NCBI GenBank assembly: GCA_964412975.1
Contig: CAYPQX010000110.1
Span: 1-54,874, forward strand
Length of the DNA: 54,874 nt
Source: an uncultured Steroidobacteraceae bacterium
GTDB taxonomy: Bacteria; Pseudomonadota; Gammaproteobacteria; Steroidobacterales; Steroidobacteraceae
Direction of reading: 5' to 3'
The translations under genes and the position numbers were made by a program. Of this stretch, positions 7,479 to 16,948 are shown piece after piece. Each line of letters starts with the position of its first letter. Within the stretch, counting starts at the first letter, position 1. The notes below the pieces were generated by a model. That model searched no databases, was not told where the DNA came from, and saw only the letters and a list, made by a program, of their open reading frames with translations.

Positions 7479-8138
7479 TCAGAATCGCGCGGTCCAGCGA
7501 AACGTCTGGCGGCCGAAATTGAGCTGCTCGAGTCCCCAGGCGATGTTGTTGCGCGCCTGCCGTTCGTAGCGCTCGCGGAACTCATGCGTCGCGTAGACGG
7601 CCGACCGCATTGCGAAGGAATTGAGGATATCGCAACGCTGCTTGCGATAGAGGCTCGTCGGCACCCACCAGTACTCGGCGCGGACCTGCAGCTCGAACTC
7701 CGCATAGCGGTCTGCGTCGGCGCCGAGGATCGCGAGGTCTATGTCGACCAGCAGTTGCAGCGGCGGCTCGGTCGGCTGAACGCCGTGACACGTCGCGAGT
7801 ATCAGGGCGCGCACGAGCGCGCAATCGGCGGCGCTTCCGCCGGAACGGTCGAGCACCCGCACGGCGGCATCGGCGCTCCGTTCCTCGTTCTTGCGCGAGA
7901 ACGTGTTGTAGATGGCGTCGTGAAACCACAGCGCGTACTCGACCAGTGGGTTCGACGCCTCGGGATGCTGTGCGCGGTCGAGAATGCCGAGGCACTCGTT
8001 GATATGCCGCGGTGTATGGTATTTCCGCGCCGCTTCCTCATAGTGCGATTCGAGCCAGCGGAATGCGACGAGCGGCTTGATGATTCCGAGTCGTGCCGCG
8101 AGGTCGTTCCAGCGCGCGGCGACGAGCGTCTCTTTCAC
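7479..8138 (-). CDS. HD-superfamily-like metal-dependent phosphohydrolase (COG4339-type), function unknown
   Basis: I trimmed it to the GTG at 8136-8138, just after the hutI stop. The motif YHTPRHINECL...ALWFHDAIY is HD-like. Confidence 0.6.
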   Translation of the reverse strand: MKETLVAARWNDLAARLGIIKPLVAFRWLESHYEEAARKYHTPRHINECLGILDRAQHPEASNPLVEYALWFHDAIYNTFSRKNEERSADAAVRVLDRSGGSAADCALVRALILATCHGVQPTEPPLQLLVDIDLAILGADADRYAEFELQVRAEYWWVPTSLYRKQRCDILNSFAMRSAVYATHEFRERYERQARNNIAWGLEQLNFGRQTFRWTARF

Positions 8139-8160
8139 GCCGCTGCACCTTTTGGTGGTA

Positions 8161-9390
8161 TCACGCAGCGCCGTTGCGGAGGACGGCCGCCGGTCGCAGG
8201 AGCCCGAACTGCGCGGCAAGCTCCGCCGGATGCTCGGCATTCCAGATGACGAGGTCGGCGACCTTGCCGGGCTCGATCGTCCCGCGTTCCTTGCGAAGTC
8301 CGAGTGCCCGCGCCGCGTGGCGGGTGACGCCGAGCAGCGCTTCTTCGGTCGTGAGACCGAATTGTGTGCAGGCGAGATGCATGTTCAGCATCAGCGAAGC
8401 AAGCGGGGCGCTGCCGGGGTTGAGGTCGCTCGCGATCGCGATCGGTACCCGATGCACGCGGAGCAGTTCGATCGGCGGCAGTTTCGTCTCGCGGAGGTAC
8501 GAATAGGCGCCTGGCAGCAGGACGGCGACGGTCCGCGCGGCCGCCATGGCGTGCACGCCGTCCTTGTCGAGATGCTCGAGATGATCGGCCGAGAGCGCCT
8601 TGAACTTGGCGGCGAGCGCGGCGCCCTGCTGGTTCGAAAACTGTTCGGCGTGCAGCTTGACCGCGAGTCCGAGTTCCTGCGCACGCGTGAACACGCGCTC
8701 GACCTGGGCAGTCGTGAAGCCGATGTCGTCGCAATAGGCATCCACGGCATCGGCAAGCCCTTCAGCCGCGGCGGCGGGCAGGATCTCCTCGCAAACACAT
8801 TTAATGTAATCGTCGCTGCGGTCCTTGAATTCGGGCGGCACGGCATGGGCCGCGAGGAGCGTGGTGCGAACCGTCAGGGACAGGCGCTTGCCGAGCGTGC
8901 GTGCGACGCGAAGCATCTTGAGCTCGTTGTCACGGTCGAGCCCGTAACCCGACTTGATCTCGATTGCAGTCACGCCTTCGGCGACGAGCTTTGCGGCGCG
9001 ACCCATCGCAAGCGTTAGTAAGTCGCCTTCGCTCGCTGCGCGGGTGGCGGTCACGGTGGATGCAATGCCGCCGCCTGCGCGGGCGATATCTTCGTAGTTC
9101 GCGCCCTGGAGCCGCTGTTCGAATTCGCGATAGCGTGAGCCGGCCCAGACGAGGTGCGTGTGGCAGTCGATCAGGCCGGGTGTGACGAGTGCACCACGGG
9201 CATCGGTATGAGCAACGTTCTTCGGCAATTCTGCGGGCAGTTCCTTTCGCGCGCCGACCCAGGCGATACGGCTCCCTGCGAGCGCGATTGCGCCCTTCGG
9301 AATCAGCCCGTACGGCCGGCCATCCGTGCAGGTCGCGACGGTTGCATTCCGTATCAGCCGGGTCCAGCCCTGTGTGTCGATGATGGCCAC
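8161..9390 (-). CDS. hutI: Imidazolonepropionase
   Basis: 409 aa. It has the amidohydrolase motif GLIDCHTHLVWAG, plus ...KSGYGL... and ...HAEQ...SADHLEH..., and resembles HutI over its full length. Confidence 0.93.
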   Translation of the reverse strand: MAIIDTQGWTRLIRNATVATCTDGRPYGLIPKGAIALAGSRIAWVGARKELPAELPKNVAHTDARGALVTPGLIDCHTHLVWAGSRYREFEQRLQGANYEDIARAGGGIASTVTATRAASEGDLLTLAMGRAAKLVAEGVTAIEIKSGYGLDRDNELKMLRVARTLGKRLSLTVRTTLLAAHAVPPEFKDRSDDYIKCVCEEILPAAAAEGLADAVDAYCDDIGFTTAQVERVFTRAQELGLAVKLHAEQFSNQQGAALAAKFKALSADHLEHLDKDGVHAMAAARTVAVLLPGAYSYLRETKLPPIELLRVHRVPIAIASDLNPGSAPLASLMLNMHLACTQFGLTTEEALLGVTRHAARALGLRKERGTIEPGKVADLVIWNAEHPAELAAQFGLLRPAAVLRNGAA

Positions 9391-9475
9391 ATTGCAGAGC
9401 TTACCGGAAGCGATCGCCGCCGCGTTATGCTGCGTGTCTCAGTTGCCTTCCGCTGGAGCCCTCGTGCCGGATCCC

Positions 9476-10684
9476 ATGATCACGCGCGAATTCGTCGCCG
9501 CACTGCCCAAGACCGACCTTCACGTGCACCTGGACGGGTCGCTCCGCATCCCGACGCTGATCGAGCTCGCGCGCGCGGAGCGGGTGGAGCTGCCGAGCTA
9601 TACCGAAGGCGGTTTGCGCGAGACTGTATATAAGGAGCGCTATTCGAGCTTGGGCGACTACCTGAAGGGCTTCCAGTACACCGTGGCCGTCATGCAGACC
9701 GCGGAATCGCTCGAGCGGATTGCGGCTGAACTTGCCGAGGACAACCAGGCGGAGGGCGTGCGCTACCTCGAAGTGCGCTTCGCACCGCAATTGCATGTAC
9801 GTCCCGGCCTCGATGCGGTGCAGGTGATTGCCGCCGTGGATCGGGGGCTTCGCCGCGCGCGGGATGCTTACAACCGCAATCCCGAGATCGTCGCGGGCCG
9901 CGAGCCGCCGTTCGAGTACGGCATCATCTGCTGCGCGCTTCGCATGTTCACGGCCGGGTTCAGTCGCTACTACGACACGTTGTTCGCAGCGCACCCCTAC
10001 ACGCGGCCCAAGAACCTTTACGCGATGGCCTCGGTGGATCTCGCGCGAGCGGCCGTGCTCGCGCGCGACAACCTGCGTCTCCAGGTCGTCGGCTTCGACC
10101 TCGCGGGCGAGGAATCCGGATACCCGGCCAGTGCGCACAAGGAAGCCTTCGAATACGCGCACAAGCATTTCCTGAAGCGCACCGTGCACGCAGGCGAAGC
10201 CTACGGACCGGAATCGATCTTCCAGGCGATCACCGACCTGCACGCCGATCGCATCGGCCACGGCACCTACCTGCTCGAAGCCAGCGAGATCCGCGATCCG
10301 GAAATAGAGGACCGCGAGCGCTACGTGGAGATGCTCGGTAACTACATCGCGGACCGGCGCATCACGCTCGAGATCTGCCTGACGAGCAATCTCCAGACTA
10401 ACCCGGCCATGAAGTGGCTGGACGACCACACCTTCCGCAAGCTCCGGGCGGCGCGCATCTCGACGACGCTCTGCACGGACAACCGGCTCATGAGCAACAC
10501 GACGGTGACGAACGAGCTGATGCTCGCCGTCAAGCACCTCAGTCTCGACCGGCATGACCTGAAGTCGATCGTGATCTACGGCTTCAAGCGCAGCTTCTGG
10601 CCCGGCAGCTACCTGGGCAAGCGCCAGTACGTGCGCCAGGTCATCGATCACTACGACGCGGTGGAACGAAAATTCGCATCCTGA
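9476..10684 (+). CDS. add: Adenosine deaminase
   Basis: The N-terminus is LPKTDLHVHLDGSLRIPTLIELA, followed by ...HAGE... and ...TLCTDNRLMSNT. The track ORF starts at 9326. The likely start is ATG 9476 or GTG 9464, the latter with GGAG 5 nt upstream. Confidence 0.88.
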   Translation: MITREFVAALPKTDLHVHLDGSLRIPTLIELARAERVELPSYTEGGLRETVYKERYSSLGDYLKGFQYTVAVMQTAESLERIAAELAEDNQAEGVRYLEVRFAPQLHVRPGLDAVQVIAAVDRGLRRARDAYNRNPEIVAGREPPFEYGIICCALRMFTAGFSRYYDTLFAAHPYTRPKNLYAMASVDLARAAVLARDNLRLQVVGFDLAGEESGYPASAHKEAFEYAHKHFLKRTVHAGEAYGPESIFQAITDLHADRIGHGTYLLEASEIRDPEIEDRERYVEMLGNYIADRRITLEICLTSNLQTNPAMKWLDDHTFRKLRAARISTTLCTDNRLMSNTTVTNELMLAVKHLSLDRHDLKSIVIYGFKRSFWPGSYLGKRQYVRQVIDHYDAVERKFAS

Positions 10685-10722
10685 TCATCGACGGTCATCC
10701 CGATCCCGCCCGCGAGCGTTTC

Positions 10723-11247
10723 ATGCACGCGCTCGTCGCGGGCTATCGCAACGCGGCAACGGCGGCCGGTCACACGGTGCAGACGATCGAAGTGGCGACG
10801 CTCGATTTCCCGCTTCTGCGTTCCGCGGAAGACTTCCAGAAGGGCAGGCCGCCGGCTGTAATCCACGCGGCCCAGCGCCAGATCGGCCTGGCCGAGCATC
10901 TGGCGATCTTCTATCCGCTCTGGCTCGGCTCGATGCCCTCGCTTACCAAGGCCTTCTTCGAGCAATGCCTGCGTCCCGGTTTCGCCTTCGGACCGGCAAG
11001 CGGCCGCGGCCTGCCGGAACAGAAGCTGAAGGGACGCTCGGCCCGCGTGGTCGTCACGATGGGCATGCCCTCTTTCTTCTATCGCTGGTTCTATCGCGCG
11101 CACTCGCTGAAGAGCTTCGAGCGCAACATCCTCTACTTCTGCGGAATCCGCCCGGTGAGGGCCACGATCGTGGGCGGAGTCGAAAGCAAGGCGGCGCGAG
11201 GGCGCGCACTTGCGACGATGCGGCGCCTGGGCGCTGCGGCTCGCTGA
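10723..11247 (+). CDS. Flavodoxin-like-fold NAD(P)H oxidoreductase (KefF/quinone reductase family); the conserved N-terminus lies upstream of the first canonical start
   Basis: The coordinates begin at the first ATG. The same frame is open from 10558 and encodes TKIRILIIDGHPDPARERF just upstream, which is the conserved first beta-strand and FMN loop of the family. That stretch contains no ATG, GTG or TTG (see findings). Confidence 0.75.
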   Translation: MHALVAGYRNAATAAGHTVQTIEVATLDFPLLRSAEDFQKGRPPAVIHAAQRQIGLAEHLAIFYPLWLGSMPSLTKAFFEQCLRPGFAFGPASGRGLPEQKLKGRSARVVVTMGMPSFFYRWFYRAHSLKSFERNILYFCGIRPVRATIVGGVESKAARGRALATMRRLGAAAR

Positions 11248-12122
11248 ACCTCAGATCTCGACTTCGGTCGCGAGCACGATACCGAATGTTTCGGCTTCCC
11301 GCGCACCATGGGAAGGAACAGCGCCGCCGCGAGCAGGATGAGGAATCCGGGATCCGTCGTGCCGCCACCGCCGCCGCTGCTTGCCGCGCGCGTGACTTTG
11401 ACGCTGCCGTCATTCCGGATGCGTTCCTTGAACACTGCCAGTTCTTTATCCAGATTCAAAGTCATGTCGGCCATCGCCTGCTCGAATCCCTTTCGCTGTG
11501 TCACGCGCATGTCCTGCTCCTGGTCGACGAGCGTCGCGCTGCTCTGGACATCGCTGACGCCCGGCGCGCGGAATAGGAGTTTGCGCGTCGCGATGTCGAA
11601 CACGGCGGTATCCACGAAGGTCTGCGCGTCGTTCTTGTTACCTTTAACGACGTAGGCGCCGACGATCGTCCAGTAAAGTAGCGACGAGGTCGTCTCCGAG
11701 GTGTTCGCCACCTGGTCGTAGGAGACGAGCGCCATGACATCGAGATCGTAGAGGCGGGCGGTCTGCTCGAGCCCACCAAAGCCGCGGCCGGCGCGCATGT
11801 AGGCTTCCGGGATCACGGCGATTTCCTCGATGAAGTCGCGACCGGAGAATGCGGTCTTGACGTCTTGCAGCATCTTCATCCGCTCCGCTTCGGATAGGCC
11901 TTGCGAGCTTCCGTAGCCCGCGGGCACGAATGCGAGCCCGATCTTCAACGGCAGTTGCAGGTGCGGTATCTGGCCTGACTGCGCCGGAGGCTTCTCGCCT
12001 TCGGGATACAGGTAGTCGACCAGGCTGCTCGAGACGCCCTCGCGCCGGGAACCGCCGAATAGGCCGGCGCAGGCCGTCATCGTGATTACGAACACAAGCA
12101 GGAACAGGCGCGTCGCTTTCAT
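11133..12122 (-). CDS. Lipoprotein with a GlyGly-CTERM-like sorting signal (rhombosortase-target-like)
   Basis: It has the lipobox VITMTAC and the C-terminal motif [32 protein letters not shown]. The ORF then continues about 50 codons antisense through the 3' end of the 10723-11247 gene. Confidence 0.7.
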   Translation of the reverse strand: MKATRLFLLVFVITMTACAGLFGGSRREGVSSSLVDYLYPEGEKPPAQSGQIPHLQLPLKIGLAFVPAGYGSSQGLSEAERMKMLQDVKTAFSGRDFIEEIAVIPEAYMRAGRGFGGLEQTARLYDLDVMALVSYDQVANTSETTSSLLYWTIVGAYVVKGNKNDAQTFVDTAVFDIATRKLLFRAPGVSDVQSSATLVDQEQDMRVTQRKGFEQAMADMTLNLDKELAVFKERIRNDGSVKVTRAASSGGGGGTTDPGFLILLAAALFLPMVRGKPKHSVSCSRPKSRSEVQRAAAPRRRIVASARPRAALLSTPPTIVALTGRIPQK

Positions 12123-12238
12123 GGGCGATCCTCCTGTCGCAGAGCTGCGCCGCCGAGGCCGCAGCGGGGGGTGCGGCGCGATTATGCCCTAATCGGGTGT
12201 TTGGGCCGTCACGGCGCGGCGCGGTATCCTGCCAGTCC

Positions 12239-13918
12239 ATGAATGCTGAACCCGTTCCCACGACCGCAGGGCCGCGCGTCGTGCGTGCGCCGCGCGGCAA
12301 CGAGCTGAGTTGCGGCAGCTGGTTGACCGAGGCGCCGTACCGGATGATCCAGAACAACCTGGACCCGGAAGTCGCCGAGCATCCGGATCGCCTCGTCGTT
12401 TACGGCGGCATCGGCAAGGCCGCGCGCGATTGGGATGCTTTCGACCGTATCCTCGATGTCTTGAAAAGACTGAAGGACGACGAGTCGCTCCTCGTGCAGT
12501 CCGGAAAACCGGTCGGCGTGTTCCGCACGCATCCGGATGCGCCGCGCGTCCTGATCGCGAACTCGAATCTCGTGCCGCACTGGGCGACCTGGGAACACGT
12601 CCATGAGCTCGACCGAAAGGGCCTCATGATGTATGGGCAGATGACGGCGGGCTCGTGGATCTACATCGGCTCGCAGGGCATCGTGCAAGGCACCTACGAA
12701 ACTTTCGGCGCCTGCGCGCGCGAGCATTTCGCCGGCGATGCGCGCGGCCGCTGGATACTCACCGCCGGCCTTGGCGGGATGGGCGGCGCACAGCCGCTCG
12801 CGGCGACGATGGCGGGCTTCTCGATGCTCGCGGTCGAGTGCGACGAGTCGCGCATCGATTTCCGGTTGCGCACCGGGTACGTTGACCGGAAGGCGACGAC
12901 ACTCGACGAGGCGCTTGGCATGATCGACGAGGCACGACGCGCGAAGAAGGCGCTGTCAGTCGGCTTGCTCGGCAACGCGGCGGACGTGTATCCGGAGCTC
13001 GCGCGCCGCGGCGTCCTGCCGGACGCCGTGACCGACCAGACGTCTGCGCACGATCCGCGAAACGGTTACCTGCCGCGAGGCTGGACGATGGTGCAGGCCG
13101 CGGATGCGCGCGCGAAAGAACCGGCGCGTATCGAGCGCGAGGCACGCGCCTCGATGAAGATTCACGTGCAGGCGATGCTCGACCTCAAGTCCCAGGGCGC
13201 CGTCGTCTTCGACTACGGCAATAACATCCGCCAGGTTGCGCTCGAAGAAGGGCTCGAGAACGCCTTCGACTTTCCGGGCTTCGTGCCGGCCTACATCAGG
13301 CCGCTCTTCTGCGAGGGCATCGGGCCCTTCCGCTGGGTCGCGCTCTCGGGCGACCCCGAGGACATCTATCGCACAGACGCGAAGGTGAAGGAACTGATGC
13401 CGGGCGATGCGCACCTGCTTCGCTGGCTCGACATGGCGCGCGAGCGCATCCGCTTCCAGGGGCTGCCCGCGCGCATCTGCTGGGTCGGACTCAAGGATCG
13501 CGCGCGTCTCGGCCTCGCTTTCAACGAGATGGTCGCGAAGGGCGAATTGTCGGCGCCGGTCGTGATCGGCCGCGATCATCTCGACTCCGGCTCGGTCGCG
13601 AGCCCGAACCGCGAGACGGAGGCGATGAAGGACGGTTCGGATGCGGTCTCGGACTGGCCTTTCCTGAATGCGCTTCTTAACACCGCAAGCGGCGCGACCT
13701 GGGTGTCGATCCATCACGGCGGCGGCGTCGGCATGGGCTTCTCGCAACATGCCGGCGTCGTGATCGTCTGCGACGGCAGCGCGGCCGCGGCGGCGCGGAT
13801 CGCGCGCGTCCTCCGAAACGACCCGGGCACAGGCGTCATGCGCCACGCTGATGCCGGCTACGAGCGCGCGATCGCCTGCGCGCACGAGCAGGGTCTCGAC
13901 CTGCCGTCGGTGCGCTGA
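12239..13918 (+). CDS. hutU: Urocanate hydratase
   Basis: It resembles HutU over its full length ([32 protein letters not shown]..., [10 protein letters not shown], ...HHGGGVGMG). The start is trimmed to ATG 12239. Confidence 0.95.
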   Translation: MNAEPVPTTAGPRVVRAPRGNELSCGSWLTEAPYRMIQNNLDPEVAEHPDRLVVYGGIGKAARDWDAFDRILDVLKRLKDDESLLVQSGKPVGVFRTHPDAPRVLIANSNLVPHWATWEHVHELDRKGLMMYGQMTAGSWIYIGSQGIVQGTYETFGACAREHFAGDARGRWILTAGLGGMGGAQPLAATMAGFSMLAVECDESRIDFRLRTGYVDRKATTLDEALGMIDEARRAKKALSVGLLGNAADVYPELARRGVLPDAVTDQTSAHDPRNGYLPRGWTMVQAADARAKEPARIEREARASMKIHVQAMLDLKSQGAVVFDYGNNIRQVALEEGLENAFDFPGFVPAYIRPLFCEGIGPFRWVALSGDPEDIYRTDAKVKELMPGDAHLLRWLDMARERIRFQGLPARICWVGLKDRARLGLAFNEMVAKGELSAPVVIGRDHLDSGSVASPNRETEAMKDGSDAVSDWPFLNALLNTASGATWVSIHHGGGVGMGFSQHAGVVIVCDGSAAAAARIARVLRNDPGTGVMRHADAGYERAIACAHEQGLDLPSVR

Positions 13919-13919
13919 A

Positions 13920-15449
13920 GTGCCCTCGATCACACTGAAGCCGGGCTCGATTTCGCTCGCAGATCTTCGCCGGATATCACGCGGTGCGGATGCCGTCGCG
14001 CTCGCGGAGGGCTGGCGCGGACCGGTCGAGCAGTCGCTTGCGGCCGTCCGCAAGCGGCTCCAGGCGGGCGAATCGCTCTATGGAATCAACACGGGCTTCG
14101 GCAAGCTCGCGAAAACGCGAATCTCCGACGATGAACTCGCGACGCTCCAGCTCTATCTGATGCGGTCGCATGCGGCGGGCGTCGGCGCGCCGCTTGCGGA
14201 TTCCACCGTGCGTCTCATCCTGGTGCTCAAGGCTGCGAGCCTCGCGCGCGGATTCTCCGGCGTGCGCGCGCTCGTGATCGAGCGCTTGCTGCAACTCGTC
14301 AACGCAGGCATCTGCCCGCTCGTACCTGGTCAGGGCTCGGTCGGCGCCTCCGGCGACCTCGCGCCGCTCGCGCACCTCTCGCTCGCGCTGATCGGTGAGG
14401 GCCGCGTGCGCGTCCGCGGCCAGGAACAGGACTGCGCCACGGCACTGAAGCCAGCCGGCATCGAGCCGCTCGTGCTCGGCCCGAAGGAGGGGCTCGCGCT
14501 CCTGAATGGCACGCAGGTTTCGACCGCGATCGCGCTCGAGGCGCTGTTCGAAGCGGAGGACCTGCTTGCAGGTTCGATCATCAGCGGCGCAATGTCAGTC
14601 GATGCCGCGCTCGGCAGCCGCATTCCTTTCGATGCGCGAATCCACACCGCACGGGGACAGCCGGCACAGGTTGCGGTCGCGGCTGCGTTCCGCGCCGTGC
14701 TCGACGAAAGCGAGATCGGTCATTCGCACGAGAACTGCGACCGCGTGCAGGATCCGTATTCGCTGCGCTGCCAGCCGCAGGTCGCGGGCGCCTGCCTCCA
14801 GCAGATCCAGGACGTCGCGCGCACGCTGATGCTCGAGGCGAACGGCGTTTCCGATAACCCGCTTGTGTTCGGTCGCGAAGGAGACGTGCTGTCGGGTGGC
14901 AATTTCCACGGGGAGCCGGTGGCATTCGCTGCGGATAATCTCGCGCTCGCGATCGCGGAGATCGGTGGACTCGCCGAGCGGCGCATCGCGATGCTGATCG
15001 ACGACAGCCTGAGCCAGCTCCCGGCCTTCCTCGTGCGCCAGGGCGGACTCAACTCCGGTTTCATGATCGCGCAGGTGACAGCCGCCGCGCTCGCCTCCGA
15101 GAACAAGTCGCTCGCGCACCCGGCCTCCGTCGACAGCCTGCCGACCTCCGCGAACCAGGAGGATCACGTCAGCATGGCGACCTTCGCCGCACGCCGGCTC
15201 GGGCCGATGGCGGAGAACAGCCGCGGCGTGATCGCGATCGAGCTGCTGGCGGCCGCGCAGGGAATCGATTTCAGGCGTCCCATGAAATCAAGTCCGGCGC
15301 TCGAAAAGGCGCACGCACTTTTGCGCGCCCAGGTCGCCTTCTACGACCACGACCGTCTCTTCGCCCCGGACATCGCAGCCGCGAAATCGGTCATCGCCAG
15401 CGAAGACCTGCTGTCACTCGTTCCGACCGGTCTCGTGCCCAGCCGCTGA
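13920..15449 (+). CDS. hutH: Histidine ammonia-lyase
   Basis: The GTG at 13920 lies 1 nt after the hutU stop. It carries the MIO-forming motif [14 protein letters not shown]. Confidence 0.95.
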   Translation: MPSITLKPGSISLADLRRISRGADAVALAEGWRGPVEQSLAAVRKRLQAGESLYGINTGFGKLAKTRISDDELATLQLYLMRSHAAGVGAPLADSTVRLILVLKAASLARGFSGVRALVIERLLQLVNAGICPLVPGQGSVGASGDLAPLAHLSLALIGEGRVRVRGQEQDCATALKPAGIEPLVLGPKEGLALLNGTQVSTAIALEALFEAEDLLAGSIISGAMSVDAALGSRIPFDARIHTARGQPAQVAVAAAFRAVLDESEIGHSHENCDRVQDPYSLRCQPQVAGACLQQIQDVARTLMLEANGVSDNPLVFGREGDVLSGGNFHGEPVAFAADNLALAIAEIGGLAERRIAMLIDDSLSQLPAFLVRQGGLNSGFMIAQVTAAALASENKSLAHPASVDSLPTSANQEDHVSMATFAARRLGPMAENSRGVIAIELLAAAQGIDFRRPMKSSPALEKAHALLRAQVAFYDHDRLFAPDIAAAKSVIASEDLLSLVPTGLVPSR

Positions 15450-15454
15450 CGGGT

Positions 15455-15552
15455 CGCCCGGCGCGCGGGATCCGGCGGGGTTTCTCGCTCGCAAACTCCG
15501 CCGGAACTTACGAGTTTGCTCGCGAGAACCCCGCCACCTCGCGCGCCGGGCG
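15455..15552. repeat. Long imperfect palindrome (REP-like) in the convergent intergenic region
   Basis: The outer arms CGCCCGGCGCGCG / CGCGCGCCGGGCG pair perfectly. The inner arms GGCGGGGTTTCTCGCTCGCAAACTC / GAGTTTGCTCGCGAGAACCCCGCC pair imperfectly. Confidence 0.6.
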
Positions 15553-15575
15553 CACCGCCGTCACTCGCCGCAAAC

Positions 15576-15661
15576 GCGCGAACCAGGCGGCCGGGAACTA
15601 TGAGCGAGCGAATGTCCGATCTTCTGAGCGAGCGAACAGTTCCCGGCCGCCTGGTTCGCGC
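15576..15661. terminator. Perfect 24-bp inverted repeat with a 38-nt loop; probable bidirectional terminator or REP-like element
   Basis: GCGCGAACCAGGCGGCCGGGAACT (15576-15599) is the exact reverse complement of 15638-15661. The loop carries a direct duplication of TGAGCGAGCGAA. The right arm touches the stop codon of the M48 peptidase gene. Confidence 0.5.
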
Positions 15662-16890
15662 TATCGAGGTGGATGCTCCGCGAGCCACCGCATGGAACGC
15701 TCAACACGAGCCCGCCCGCTCGGGTGATCGAAAAAGATCAGTTCCTCGAGCGCCGACGGTTCCAGCTTGCGATACGTGCTGAGACGCATTGCGACACTCG
15801 CGAACCCATGCGGCTCCCGCGCGGTATCGAGTCCGAATGCGTCGGCCTGGTTCTCAGCCGTGCGGATCATCGAATTCGTGACCGGCGACAGCAGGTACAT
15901 GACGACCGTGAAGATCGCGAAGGCGAGTGGCAGTCCCGCGGGATCCGAAAGATCCCTGACGCCCCAGCGCTCGCCGTGCCGGCGCTGGAACCGGCCGTAC
16001 AGGCGGTTGATGGCCCAGTAGCCGATTCCGAGAGCGAGCGTGAACCCGAGTGTCAGCCACAACCCGTGATTCAACTTGTAATGACCCATCTCGTGGCCCA
16101 TGACGGCGCGGATCTCGGGGAGCGAGGTGCCGTTCATCAGGTTGTCGTTCAGTGAAATGCGCGTCGTACCGGCGAGGCCGGAGACATTCGCGCTGATGCG
16201 CTTGGTCTGCTTCGAGGCGTCGTACCAGAACACATCGTCTGCCGGCATGCCCGTGTCACGCGCGAGCGCCAGGATCGATTCGCGGATTTCGCCGTCCGGC
16301 AGGCTGTGGTAATCGTTGAATAGCGGCGCCACGAACACCGGGTTGACCAGGATCACGAAGAGAATGAAGAGCGCAGTCACGCCGGTCGCCCAGTACACCC
16401 ATCGCTCGCGTACCCTTCGTACGAGCGCGAGGATGCCCGCGATCGCGAATCCAATGAATGCGATGCTGAGCGCGGCGCCGATCGCCCATTCGCCGAGGAA
16501 GCTGCCCATCGTCTGGTTCGACATGCCGTACTGGTGTTCGCGGAAGTAACCCGTGTAGAGCGTCCAGGGCAGCGTCAGGATGGCGAGCGCAAGCAGGAAG
16601 CCGCCGGCGACGATGAATGACTGCATGAATGGCCCGCGCCCGCGCGCCGCGGCCCAGTCCCGAATCCGTGCAGCAAACCGGAAGTGGAGCAACAGCCAGG
16701 CGACAAGCACGACGAGCAGGGTGCCGAAGGCGTCGATCCAGTAACCGCCTTCGTAGTACGCATCGGATTTTTCCCGGTCCGCGGCGGGCACGGTCGCGAG
16801 ATACGCATCGGTTGCCCGTGCGACGTCGAAGTACGGCCCCCATTCGGCTTCCGGCGGCAGTTGAAGCTGCGTGGCTTGTCGTTCGGCCAT
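15661..16890 (-). CDS. M48-family zinc metallopeptidase (Ste24/HtpX-like), polytopic membrane protein
   Basis: It is trimmed to the ATG at 16888-16890, which is preceded by GGGGAGGAA. It has the HEMGH zincin motif and multiple TM helices. Confidence 0.88.
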   Translation of the reverse strand: MAERQATQLQLPPEAEWGPYFDVARATDAYLATVPAADREKSDAYYEGGYWIDAFGTLLVVLVAWLLLHFRFAARIRDWAAARGRGPFMQSFIVAGGFLLALAILTLPWTLYTGYFREHQYGMSNQTMGSFLGEWAIGAALSIAFIGFAIAGILALVRRVRERWVYWATGVTALFILFVILVNPVFVAPLFNDYHSLPDGEIRESILALARDTGMPADDVFWYDASKQTKRISANVSGLAGTTRISLNDNLMNGTSLPEIRAVMGHEMGHYKLNHGLWLTLGFTLALGIGYWAINRLYGRFQRRHGERWGVRDLSDPAGLPLAFAIFTVVMYLLSPVTNSMIRTAENQADAFGLDTAREPHGFASVAMRLSTYRKLEPSALEELIFFDHPSGRARVERSMRWLAEHPPR

Positions 16891-16948
16891 GGTTCCTCCC
16901 CGGTTCGGCACGTTATAGTGCGGACTTTGCAGTGCAACAAGCGAGTCG

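Noticed and set aside
10660-10690. Possible programmed -1 frameshift fusing adenosine deaminase to the downstream flavodoxin-like protein
   Set aside because: There is no X XXY YYZ slippery heptamer at the junction (CGA AAA TTC does not fit), and no obvious downstream pseudoknot. A fusion of these two enzymes has no precedent that I know of.
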